A stretch of 32,000 nucleotides of DNA, taken from positions 1 to 32,000 of the forward strand of contig JAJECW010000007.1 in NCBI GenBank assembly GCA_022821865.1, given 5' to 3'. The notes beneath the pieces are model-generated. The model worked only from the letters and a program-made list of their open reading frames with translations, ran no database searches and was not told the DNA's origin. This stretch comes from Pseudomonadales bacterium. GTDB lineage: Bacteria > Pseudomonadota > Gammaproteobacteria > Pseudomonadales > Pseudohongiellaceae. This document shows, piece by piece, positions 1 to 7,556 of this stretch; within the stretch, counting starts at the first letter, position 1; each line of letters opens with the position of its first letter. The position numbers and the translations under genes are program-made.

Positions 1-142
1 AAGTCAGAGCTTCCCTGCGGCACATGGAAGTGCCGCCGAATTCGATGGCGTAAGCCATTGAATTCGGGAGCAAAACAAAACCACGCTTTTGTTTTGCGAT
101 AATGAAAAACTCCACGGATGGAGTTTTTCAGAGAATACCAAG
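1..142 (+). repeat. Composite mosaic intergenic element, copy A1 (modules M1-M2-M3-M4; left end cut by the window edge)
   Basis: M1 is 1-33 (aagtcagagcttccctgcggcacatggaagtgc) and begins inside a 12-bp hairpin that is seen complete at 27703-27731. M2 hairpin gaattcgatggc/gtaa/gccattgaattc is 38-65. M3 hairpin gcaaaacaaaa/ccacgc/ttttgttttgc is 70-97. M4 hairpin gaaaaactcca/cgga/tggagtttttc is 104-129, with tail agagaataccaag to 142. Positions 35-142 align with 10784-10890 with 5 substitutions and one 1-nt indel by eye. Confidence 0.85.
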
Positions 143-168
143 AGCAAGAAACTGGCTGGACAGGAAGC

Positions 169-639
169 ATGGCCAAGGCAAAGGAGGCTTATTCGGTGAG
201 TAAAGCGGAACTGAGTATTCGGGTGGCGAACGATTTGAAGCAACTCGCCATTATCGCCGAGCGCGTTGACGAATTCTGCGGCCAGCGCGAAATTCCCATG
301 GCGGTGGCCTATCAGATCAACCTTTCGCTGGATGAATTGCTCACCAATACCATCAGTTACGGTTATGACGATGATGCGGCCCACGAGATTCGCATCGACC
401 TGCAACTGGATGGTGACCGGCTCCTGGTCCGCATCGAGGACGACGCGAGGCAATTCGATCTCACCGACAGCGACCCGGCGCGGGCGGATACGAGTTCAAA
501 TCTGGAAAAGCGCACTCCCGGCGGGCTCGGGATATTTCTCGTCCATCAGATGATGGACTCGGTGAGTTATCGCCGGGAGAACAATCGGAATGTGGTTTTG
601 CTCGGCAAGAATTTCGCAACAGGGCAAGCGGAGAACTAA
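169..639 (+). CDS. Anti-sigma regulatory factor, Ser/Thr protein kinase (RsbW/SpoIIAB-like, HATPase_c)
   Basis: Same frame as ORF 118..639. ATG 169 is preceded by aggaag; the upstream ATG 118 lies inside the M4 repeat hairpin and is rejected. Motifs LDELLTNTISYG, RIEDDARQFD and TPGGLGIFLV are typical of this kinase family. Confidence 0.8.
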   Translation: MAKAKEAYSVSKAELSIRVANDLKQLAIIAERVDEFCGQREIPMAVAYQINLSLDELLTNTISYGYDDDAAHEIRIDLQLDGDRLLVRIEDDARQFDLTDSDPARADTSSNLEKRTPGGLGIFLVHQMMDSVSYRRENNRNVVLLGKNFATGQAEN

Positions 640-640
640 T

Positions 641-676
641 GAAAAACTCCACGGATGAAGTTTTTCAAAGAATACC
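641..676 (+). repeat. M4-only repeat copy (hairpin plus tail) between the convergent kinase and STAS genes
   Basis: gaaaaactcca/cgga/tgaagtttttc (641-666, one stem mismatch at 649/658) plus tail aaagaatacc. It starts 2 nt after the kinase stop codon (637-639). Confidence 0.75.
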
Positions 677-694
677 TGGGAGCCTGCCCCTGGG
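675..694 (+). repeat. Degenerate C-motif copy (C1)
   Basis: cctgggagcctgcccctggg shares the left flank cctgggagcctgc with copy C4 (20492), but the right half has decayed. Confidence 0.35.
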
Positions 695-695
695 C

Positions 696-1037
696 TTATG
701 ACCCTGCGGCGGCGATAGCCTGACTGCGATCAGGCTGGATATTGATGATCTTGTCGAAGCCGCTGACTTCAAAAACTTCCCGAATGGACCTGGAAAGCGA
801 GCAGAGCATGAACTTGGCGTTACGGTTCTGCAACAGCTTGGCGGTCATCAGGATCGCCCGCAATCCGGCGGAACTGATATAGGTCAGGTGCTCCATATCG
901 AGGACGACCGCACGATCCCCTTCTTCAATAGCGCCCTTGACGGATTCCTCGAACTGCATGACGTTCGAGCCGTCAATCCGTCCCATTACCATGGCGGACA
1001 AAATTCCGTCCTGCCGTTCAACATTGACCTCAATCAT
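696..1037 (-). CDS. STAS-domain anti-sigma-factor antagonist (RsbV/SpoIIAA-like)
   Basis: 113 aa. LDMEHLTYISSAGLRAIL matches the phospho-serine context of the STAS antagonist family. Convergent with the kinase gene. Confidence 0.85.
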   Translation of the reverse strand: MIEVNVERQDGILSAMVMGRIDGSNVMQFEESVKGAIEEGDRAVVLDMEHLTYISSAGLRAILMTAKLLQNRNAKFMLCSLSRSIREVFEVSGFDKIINIQPDRSQAIAAAGS

Positions 1038-1082
1038 TGCACTTGCTCCGTTCCAGCTTTTTTGGCCAGACTGATTAACTGG

Positions 1083-2347
1083 TTACAGGTCAGGATCCTG
1101 CAATACCACAAATTCCGGATATGCTTCAATGCCGAGTTCCGCCACATCCTGACCGTGGCGTTCCACATCCAGCGCAACCCGCACTCCCATCAACTGCCTG
1201 ATGGCCAGCCAGGCAAGCATCGAGGCGGAAAAGACAAAGGCGCCGATCGCCAGTATTCCCGCCAACTGGACCAGCAGATTGCCGCCGGCCACGATACAAA
1301 CCGCAAGAGTACCCCAAATCCCGGCGAACAGGTGAGCGGGCACCGCTCCCACAACATCATCCACCCGGAAGTGCTCGAGCACTTTCACCCCGAGCAAACC
1401 GATCACTCCGCCGACCGCGCCGATGATTATAGCCCAATAATGCGCAACAATATCGGGGCCCGCGGTAATCGATACCAGGCCGGCGATCACGCCGTTGAGA
1501 CTGCCCATCAGATCGATGCGGCCGAGCACCGGCCGGCTCAGGGCAATGGCCGCGATAAATCCGCCGCAGGCCGCCAGATTGGTATTCACCAGAATATTGC
1601 TGATGGCCACGGCGTCGGCCACTCCGCTCAGCGCCAGTTGCGAGCCGCCGTTGAAGGCGAACCAGCCCATCCAGAGAATGAATATGCCCAGGGTCACCAC
1701 GGGAACATTGGAAGGCGGGGTCAGCTTGATGCTGCCGTCTTCGCGGAACTTGCCGTGGCGGGCGCCGATGACAATGGCGCCGGCCAGCGCCGCCCAGCCG
1801 CCGGTGGAATGCACGATGGACGATCCGGCAAAGTCCTGAAAGCCCAGTTCGGCAAGCCAGCCACCGCCCCAGGTCCAGGCGCCCACCACGGGATAAATCA
1901 ATCCCGTCAGCACGGCCACAAAGAGGAAAAACGACCAGAGCCGGACCCGTTCGGCGAGCGTGCCCGAAACGATGGAACAGGTGGTCGCCACGAAAACCAT
2001 CTGGAAGAACCAGTCGGACATCACCGAGTAGCCGTTTTCCGTCACGGCCGCCGCGGCGCCCTCGTCGCCGCCGAGCAGGGCCTGCTCGGCTCCCGAGGTG
2101 CCGTAGAAGAGCCCCAGGCTGCCGATAAAGCCGCTTACGTCCACATACATCGGTTGTAGCCGATGAGATAGAACATGAGGCCGGCAATGGCGTACAAGCC
2201 CACATTCTTGAGGCAGATCACCGAGGCGTTCTTGGTGCGCACCGAGCCGGATTCGAGCATGGTGAATCCAGCGCACATCCACATGATGAGAACGCCCCAG
2301 ATGAGGAAGGAAAAGCTGTTCAGGACAAATTGAATTTCCGGGCTCAT
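1083..2347 (-). pseudogene. amt: Ammonium transporter (Amt/MEP family) interrupted by a 1-nt frameshift
   Basis: The N-terminal 70 codons (2347..2135, MSPEIQFVLNSFSFLIWGVLIMWMCAGFTMLESGSVRTKN) and the remaining roughly 380 codons (to 1083; FAGSSIVHSTGGWAALAGAIVIGAR, WMGWFAFNGGS) are both Amt-like but lie in different frames. The junction ggctacaac|cgatgtatgtg (minus strand, about 2148-2156) needs one additional nt to stay in frame. Confidence 0.8.
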
Positions 2348-2405
2348 AAAAATTCCGCAGGTTGTCGCGCTAACTGTTCGCCTTTCCCGCTGCTGCTATC
2401 GGGCA

Positions 2406-2846
2406 CTATGGAGTGGTTTCCACGCCTATGGTTTCCACCGGTCCGAAGCCGCGGATTTCCACCACCACGGGTTCGCCCCGGGAACCGTCGTAATGCACCG
2501 CGCCGGCCGGGTGGAACATGAATCCGCCGGCTGGAATCGGCGTGGTCCGCTCCATGTCGTGGCTGGCGTCAACGCCCGCGTGCCAGGTTCCCTCGATTAC
2601 CGTGATGAAGCGGTCCTGGTCGTGGTAATGGGGGTTGCTGGTGCCTCCCGCCGGAAAGCGGATCCGCATGATATACAGACCTTCTTCCCGGGGATTGCCG
2701 TAGAGGACATGCGACTGGGTCCGGTTGAGGCTTTCGTCCCATTCGATATCATCCAGTTGCACGATGACGAAATCATCCCATTCGGCAGCGAAACCGGCTG
2801 GCACAAGCAAGGCCAGCGCGGCGATGAGGTAGCGAATCTTGGTCAT
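2406..2846 (-). CDS. Secreted cupin-domain protein
   Basis: 146 aa from ATG 2846. MTKIRYLIAALALLVPAGFA looks like a signal peptide. The cupin motifs GGTSNPHYHDQDRFITVIEG and FMFHPAGAVH are present. The longer ORF to 3089 is an unsupported extension. Confidence 0.7.
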   Translation of the reverse strand: MTKIRYLIAALALLVPAGFAAEWDDFVIVQLDDIEWDESLNRTQSHVLYGNPREEGLYIMRIRFPAGGTSNPHYHDQDRFITVIEGTWHAGVDASHDMERTTPIPAGGFMFHPAGAVHYDGSRGEPVVVEIRGFGPVETIGVETTP

Positions 2847-2999
2847 GGGCTGGTCCTGTTTCCGTGTTTGTCGGGTGTTGGTACCGGTACGCACGCACAG
2901 GGCCAACCGATGCAATATATAAGCCCAAGGCGGCCAAGGCAAGAGGCCATCACCGAGAACTCTCATTGTGAAGAGTCTTGCCCGGGAATCAGTACCGCT

Positions 3000-3028
3000 T
3001 TGTGGAACTCGCCTGACTCTGCTAGATT
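3000..3028 (+). promoter_or_regulatory. Candidate sigma70-type promoter TTGTGG-N17-TAGATT placed for a leaderless methyltransferase mRNA
   Basis: ttgtgg is 3000-3005, followed by a 17-nt spacer, then tagatt 3023-3028. The ATG at 3035 is the 7th nt after the -10 hexamer. There is no Shine-Dalgarno sequence, and an in-frame TAG (3023-3025) excludes any upstream start. Confidence 0.3.
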
Positions 3029-3034
3029 GCGCCC

Positions 3035-4054
3035 ATGAATCAAGGAACGGCCAACAAATCCGATTTGCGTTCTCTGGGGGACCTCGCACCGGAGCAGGTG
3101 CAGTCCACGGTGGATCAATACAGCGAAATCTACGACGGCGGGCTGGAAAGCAGAAAGGAGCACTACCGCTCGCTGGTCAATCACTATTACGACCTGGTCA
3201 CCGACTTCTACGAGTTCGGCTGGGGACAGTCTTTCCACTTCGCGCCCCGCAAGCGGGGGGAAAGCTTCAAGGCCTCGCTGCTGCGGCATCAGCACTATCT
3301 CGCCGATCGGCTCCGCCTGAAAGCGGGCATGAACGTCATCGACCTCGGCTGCGGCGTTGGAGGGCCCACGGGCAATCTGGCACGCTATTCCGGTGCGAGC
3401 TTCGTCGGCCTCAATAACAATGCCTACCAGCTTGGGCGCGCCAGAAAGCACACCCGGGATGTGAAATCCCTGTGCCGCTTTATCAAGGGCGACTTCATGC
3501 GGATTCCCGGGGAGGATGAAAGTTTCGACGCGGCAACCGCCATCGAATCCATGCCCCACGCCCCGGACAAGACCGCAGCCTTCCGCGAGGTCTTTCGCGT
3601 GCTGCGGCCGGGCGGCTGTTTCGCGGCCTACGACTGGTGCGTGACCGAGGATTTTGATCCGCACGACAAGATCCACCAGCAAATCAGGCACGACATCATG
3701 GTGGGCGATGCGCTGCCGGATATTCCGCGCGCCACGGAAGTGAGCGATGCCTTGCGGGAGGCCGGGTTCGAAGTCGTTGACGCCCATGACCGCGCCGGGG
3801 AATCCGACCCGGAAGCACCCTGGTACCGAGCCCTGCAAGGCCGCGACCTCAGCCTCGCCAGCATTCCCCGAACCCCGGCCGGCCGGGTCGTGACCAATCT
3901 GGCGCTGCGCGTGGGAGAGTGGCTGCGGCTGGCGCCAAAAGGCTCCCGGGCGGTGAGCACCCTGCTGAATACGGCGGCGGACGCATTGGTCGAGGGCGGC
4001 AAGTCGGGCACTTTCACGCCGATGTTCTTTTTCCTTGCGCGTAAACCTGAATAG
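3035..4054 (+). CDS. Sterol 24-C-methyltransferase family (ERG6/SMT1-like) SAM-dependent methyltransferase
   Basis: 339 aa and colinear, by recollection of yeast ERG6 and plant SMT1, over the whole length. Shared motifs: YYDLVTDFYEFGWGQSFHFA (SMT region I), IDLGCGVGGP and GLNNNAYQ (SAM motif), KGDFM, AIESMPHAP, LRPGGCFAAYDW, APWYRAL, LAPKGSRAV and the C-terminal GGKSGTFTPMFFFLARKPE (Sterol_MT_C-like). Confidence 0.85.
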   Translation: MNQGTANKSDLRSLGDLAPEQVQSTVDQYSEIYDGGLESRKEHYRSLVNHYYDLVTDFYEFGWGQSFHFAPRKRGESFKASLLRHQHYLADRLRLKAGMNVIDLGCGVGGPTGNLARYSGASFVGLNNNAYQLGRARKHTRDVKSLCRFIKGDFMRIPGEDESFDAATAIESMPHAPDKTAAFREVFRVLRPGGCFAAYDWCVTEDFDPHDKIHQQIRHDIMVGDALPDIPRATEVSDALREAGFEVVDAHDRAGESDPEAPWYRALQGRDLSLASIPRTPAGRVVTNLALRVGEWLRLAPKGSRAVSTLLNTAADALVEGGKSGTFTPMFFFLARKPE

Positions 4055-4121
4055 CGCCCGCGCGCCAACCCGACATAGCGACCGCCAGCCAATCCCGCAC
4101 ATCGGCGGTTCGTCAATTGCA

Positions 4122-4150
4122 CACCAGGAGCCTGCGCCGCAGGTATTCTC
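4122..4150 (+). repeat. C-motif copy C2 plus tattctc linker
   Basis: caccaggagcctgcgccgcagg is followed by tattctc, the reverse complement of the M4 tail gagaata. It lies between the convergent methyltransferase and argH genes. Confidence 0.8.
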
Positions 4151-4152
4151 AA

Positions 4153-4183
4153 GAATTCAATGGTTTACGCCATCGAATTCGGC
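4153..4183 (-). repeat. M2 hairpin module, inverted copy, overlapping the argH 3-prime end
   Basis: gaattcaatggt/ttac/gccatcgaattc-ggc is the reverse complement of M2 (35-65) with one mismatch. The loop carries the argH stop codon. Confidence 0.85.
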
Positions 4184-5607
4184 TTGCCCGCCGCAAGCGC
4201 CTGTCTCGCCCTCGCCGCCGCCCGGCGCACCTCGGCAGGGGCGGTGCCGCCATAATGGTTCCTGGCCGCCACCGAGCCTGCCACGGTGAGCACCTCATAC
4301 ACGTCCGCCTCGATCAAGGAAGAAAAGCCGGTGAGTTCATCAAGTTCCAGTTCGTGGAGTTCCTTGCCCCGGGCAATCGCATGGGCCACCGCCTTGCCGG
4401 TGACCTCGTGTGCATCGCGGAAGGCCACGCCCTTGCCCACCAGGTAGTCCGCCAAATCTGTAGCCGTGGCGCAGTCCCGCGCGGCCGCCTCCCGCATGAC
4501 TTCCCGCTTGCATTCGATGGCGGGGACGAGTTCGGCGAAGGCGAACAGGCAATCCTTGAGGGTATCGATGAGATCGAAAACCGGCTCCTTGTCTTCCTGA
4601 TTGTCCTTGTTGTAGGCCAGGGGCTGGGACTTCATCAGGGTCAGCAATGACAGCAGATGGCCATAGACCCGCCCGCTCTTGCCGCGAACGAGTTCCGGCA
4701 CATCGGGGTTCTTCTTCTGGGGCATGATGGAAGAGCCGGTGCAGAAGCGGTCTGGCAGGCTGATGAAACCGAATTGCGCCGACATCCACAGCACCAGCTC
4801 TTCCGCCATGCGCGACAGGTGCATCATGATCAGGCTGCCCGCCGCGGCAAGCTCGATGGCGAAATCCCGGTCGCTGACGGCGTCGAGGGAATTTCCGGCC
4901 ACCGCCTCGAAACCCAGCAATTCGGCGCTGCGGGCGCGGTTTATGGGGAAGCTCGTGCCCGCCAGGGCGGCGGCGCCAAGCGGCGAGCGATTGACCCGCC
5001 TGCGGCAGTCTTCGAGACGACCGTCATCCCGGGCAAGCATTTCATGCCAGGCGAGCATATGGTGGCCGAAAGTCACCGGCTGGGCCGACTGCAAATGGGT
5101 AAAGCCGGGCATAATGGTTTCGGCTTCCCGCTCGGCGAGGTCCACCAGCGCGGATTGCAGCCGCCGGGTCAGGTCGCGCAGGGCGTCGATTTCCTCCCGC
5201 ACATACAACCGCAGGTCCGTCGCTACCTGGTCATTGCGCGAGCGGCCGGTGTGCAGCTTCTTGCCGATGTCGCCAATGCGTCCGGTGAGGGCCGCCTCGA
5301 TGTTCATGTGGACGTCTTCGAGTTCCACCGACCAGGCGAAATCGCCCCCTTCGATCTCGGCCTGAATCGCTTCCAGCCCTTCGGTGATCTGCCGAACCTC
5401 GTCCTCGCTCAGCACGCCCACCTCGCCGAGCATGGCGGCATGGGCGATGGAACCGGCAATGTCCTGCCGGTACAGGCGCGCGTCAAATTCCACCGATGCG
5501 GTAAAACGCTCGATGAAACTGTCGGTAGCCTCTGAGAATCGGCCGCTCCAGAGCTTGTCGGGCTTGCCGGAGCCGGCATCGCCTTGCTTTTCGCTCATTG
5601 CATCCAC
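4165..5607 (-). CDS. argH: Argininosuccinate lyase
   Basis: 480 aa with WSGRFSE near the N-terminus and the fumarate-lyase signature [12 protein letters not shown]. The start may instead be the ATG at 5598. The last 6 codons (KPNSMA, stop) are encoded by the M2 repeat. Confidence 0.95.
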   Translation of the reverse strand: MDAMSEKQGDAGSGKPDKLWSGRFSEATDSFIERFTASVEFDARLYRQDIAGSIAHAAMLGEVGVLSEDEVRQITEGLEAIQAEIEGGDFAWSVELEDVHMNIEAALTGRIGDIGKKLHTGRSRNDQVATDLRLYVREEIDALRDLTRRLQSALVDLAEREAETIMPGFTHLQSAQPVTFGHHMLAWHEMLARDDGRLEDCRRRVNRSPLGAAALAGTSFPINRARSAELLGFEAVAGNSLDAVSDRDFAIELAAAGSLIMMHLSRMAEELVLWMSAQFGFISLPDRFCTGSSIMPQKKNPDVPELVRGKSGRVYGHLLSLLTLMKSQPLAYNKDNQEDKEPVFDLIDTLKDCLFAFAELVPAIECKREVMREAAARDCATATDLADYLVGKGVAFRDAHEVTGKAVAHAIARGKELHELELDELTGFSSLIEADVYEVLTVAGSVAARNHYGGTAPAEVRRAAARARQALAAGKPNSMA

Positions 5608-5746
5608 CCGCTGCGGCGACCCGCCGCCAAGGGCCGGCGATTATACCAGCAACGTCCGGGTTTCCCCGGCGCCGAAAGTCCACCGGACGGACAATTGCCG
5701 GTTGATTGCATAGAATGGCGTTGTCTTTCCCGCGCCTTTCCCTTGC

Positions 5747-6685
5747 ATGCCCCGAACGAGACTCAGAATTGCGAGCCGCAACAGTCCGCTGGCGATGTGG
5801 CAGGCGGAATTCGTCAAGTCGCGTCTGGAGCAGGCCCACCCCAGGCTTGCGGTGGAGATTATCGGCTTTACCACCACCGGCGACCGCCTGCTCCATAGAC
5901 CGCTTGCGCGGCTCGGGGGCAAGGGGCTGTTCGTCAAGGAGCTGGAGCGGGCCATGCTCGAAGGGGAGGCGGATATTGCCGTGCATTCCATGAAGGATGT
6001 ACCCGCCGAGTTGCCCGCCGGACTCGGGCTTGCGGTGATTTGCGAGCGCGCCGACCCCAGCGACGCCTTTGTATCGAATCGCTACCAGAGTGTTGCCGAA
6101 TTGCCAACCGGGGCCAGGGTGGGCACTTCGAGCCTGCGCCGGCAGTGCCAGCTCAGGCTGCTGCGACCGGACCTGGAGCTTGCCGACCTGCGCGGCAACG
6201 TGGGCACCCGCCTCGACAAGCTCGATAATGATGAATACGATGCCATTGTTCTGGCAAGCGCCGGCCTGATGCGGCTGGAACTCGGGGCGCGAATCCGCTC
6301 GCGGTTGTCCATTGACGACTTCCTGCCGGCGGCGGGCCAGGGCGCTGTGGGCGTGGAATGCCGCAGCGATGATGAGCAGACCCTGCGCCTGCTTGCCTGT
6401 TTGCATCATGAGGGCACGGCGGCGCGGGTAGCGGCCGAACGCACGGTGACCACAGCATTGCAGGGCGGCTGCGAACTGCCTATTGCCGCCCATGCGGAAT
6501 TGCACGGCGGCGAATTGTATTTGCGGGCGCTGGTGGCTGACGCCGATAGCAGTGAATTCCTCCGCGCCGAGAGCAGCGGACCCGCGACGGAAGCCGAGAC
6601 CACCGGTCGCGAAGTAGCGGCAAGCCTGCTTGCCCGCGGCGCGGACCGGATCATTGCCGGCCTGCGCGGTGACGGTCAATCGTGA
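5747..6685 (+). CDS. hemC: Porphobilinogen deaminase (hydroxymethylbilane synthase)
   Basis: 312 aa with [15 protein letters not shown] and [11 protein letters not shown]. It sits upstream of hemD. Confidence 0.95.
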   Translation: MPRTRLRIASRNSPLAMWQAEFVKSRLEQAHPRLAVEIIGFTTTGDRLLHRPLARLGGKGLFVKELERAMLEGEADIAVHSMKDVPAELPAGLGLAVICERADPSDAFVSNRYQSVAELPTGARVGTSSLRRQCQLRLLRPDLELADLRGNVGTRLDKLDNDEYDAIVLASAGLMRLELGARIRSRLSIDDFLPAAGQGAVGVECRSDDEQTLRLLACLHHEGTAARVAAERTVTTALQGGCELPIAAHAELHGGELYLRALVADADSSEFLRAESSGPATEAETTGREVAASLLARGADRIIAGLRGDGQS

Positions 6686-6688
6686 GTA

Positions 6689-7507
6689 TTGGCGCCCGAT
6701 TATGAGAATTGGCAGTCACCGGTGAAAAACCGTCGCATCCTCATCACCCGGCCAGCCGACCGGCAAAAAGGTCTCCGCGAGAAGATAGCGGCCCTGGGAG
6801 GCGAAGCGCTCAGCCTGCCGCTGCTCGCCATTGAACCCATGAAGCGGAATGTCCGCTTGCAGCAAGATCTGGCCCGCCTGGCCGATTTTGATTTGCTGGT
6901 ATTCGTCAGCGCCAATGCCACCCGATTCGGCGTGGAAGTCATCAAGACGGCCGGGGTATCACCGTCCCCCGCTGTGACCCTGTTCGCGGTTGGCGCAGCC
7001 ACGGCCCGGGAAGTTTCCCTGCTGCTGGACCGTCCGGTATACAGCCCGGTCGGGGGCAGCGGCAGCGAGGCATTGCTTGAACTGCCCCAGCTTGCAGCCA
7101 TCGAGGGCCGGAAAGTCGCGATCTTCCGGGCCGAAGGGGGCAGGGAACTGCTTGCCGAAGAATTGCGGCGCCGCGGCGCCGAGGTGACTTATCTCGAAGT
7201 CTATCGGCGAATCCCCGCTGCGGATGCTGACGCCGGGCTGCGGCAGATTCTCGCCGGAGGCGCTCTCGATGGCGTCATCCTGACAAGCGCCGAGGCGCTG
7301 CAGCACTGGCATGAACTGATTTTTGCCGATGGGCCGAGTGGGTGTCCCATTGCCGCGCCATTCGCGCTACCATTGATCGTGCCTTCCCGGCGCGTGGCGG
7401 AGTTGGCGGCGCGGCTTGGCTTCAGCGCGGTAATCAATGCCGGCGACGCCGGGACAACAGCCGTGGCCGAAACCCTCGCCGCCCATTTTCGGCAGCAGGG
7501 CGCCTGA
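6689..7507 (+). CDS. hemD: Uroporphyrinogen-III synthase
   Basis: TTG start 4 nt after the hemC stop. RILITRPADRQ is a HEM4-like N-terminus. The gene lies between hemC and hemX. Confidence 0.8.
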   Translation: MAPDYENWQSPVKNRRILITRPADRQKGLREKIAALGGEALSLPLLAIEPMKRNVRLQQDLARLADFDLLVFVSANATRFGVEVIKTAGVSPSPAVTLFAVGAATAREVSLLLDRPVYSPVGGSGSEALLELPQLAAIEGRKVAIFRAEGGRELLAEELRRRGAEVTYLEVYRRIPAADADAGLRQILAGGALDGVILTSAEALQHWHELIFADGPSGCPIAAPFALPLIVPSRRVAELAARLGFSAVINAGDAGTTAVAETLAAHFRQQGA

Positions 7508-7556
7508 ATCGCGAGAGACCCGCTGAAATGCGGCATACTGATGGGACAACACTGAA

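Noticed and set aside
36-53. A plus-strand gene from beyond the left window edge ending in PNSMA-stop inside copy A1
   Set aside because: The upstream sequence is module M1, which in its complete copy (27703-27731, reverse complement) carries stop codons in the corresponding frame. The open frame at 3-53 is therefore most likely repeat sequence and not coding.
1-142. CRISPR array, considered because of recurring palindromic repeats
   Set aside because: The repeats are heterogeneous modules and are not regularly spaced. They are scattered kilobases apart in different spacers and lack unique spacers of uniform length. No cas genes are present.
118-168. ORF starts reading MEFFREYQ or MEFFI (118, 10866, 652 on the minus strand, 10863 on the minus strand)
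   Set aside because: The ATG and following codons are the M4 repeat hairpin itself (atggaatttttcagagaatacc). The recurrence reflects the repeat and is not a conserved peptide. Better starts with an RBS exist downstream for the real genes.
2141-2153. Internal restart (ATG, MYVDVSG...) producing a functional N-terminally truncated Amt
   Set aside because: It would remove the first transmembrane helix of a family with a conserved 11-12 TM topology. A frameshifted pseudogene or a sequencing error is the simpler reading.
888-2159. 423-aa ORF on the plus strand, and other long ORFs antisense to real genes (for example 1357..2205, 2963..4102, 4657..5535, 5483..6679, 8129..9832, 18515..19441, 19351..20328, 20096..20992, 21239..22030, 22163..23071, 22834..24015, 23789..24667, 24714..25622, 26097..27110, 28429..29394)
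   Set aside because: Each lies opposite or out of frame with a gene that has clear family motifs. Their translations are Arg/Pro/Gly/Ala-rich and low in complexity, as expected for stop-poor alternative frames in GC-rich DNA. None shows a recognisable domain.
5688-5716. Sigma70 promoter for hemC using TAGAAT at 5711-5716
   Set aside because: No acceptable -35 hexamer lies at 16-18 nt spacing (ttgccg is only 10 nt away), so this is too weak to report as a feature.
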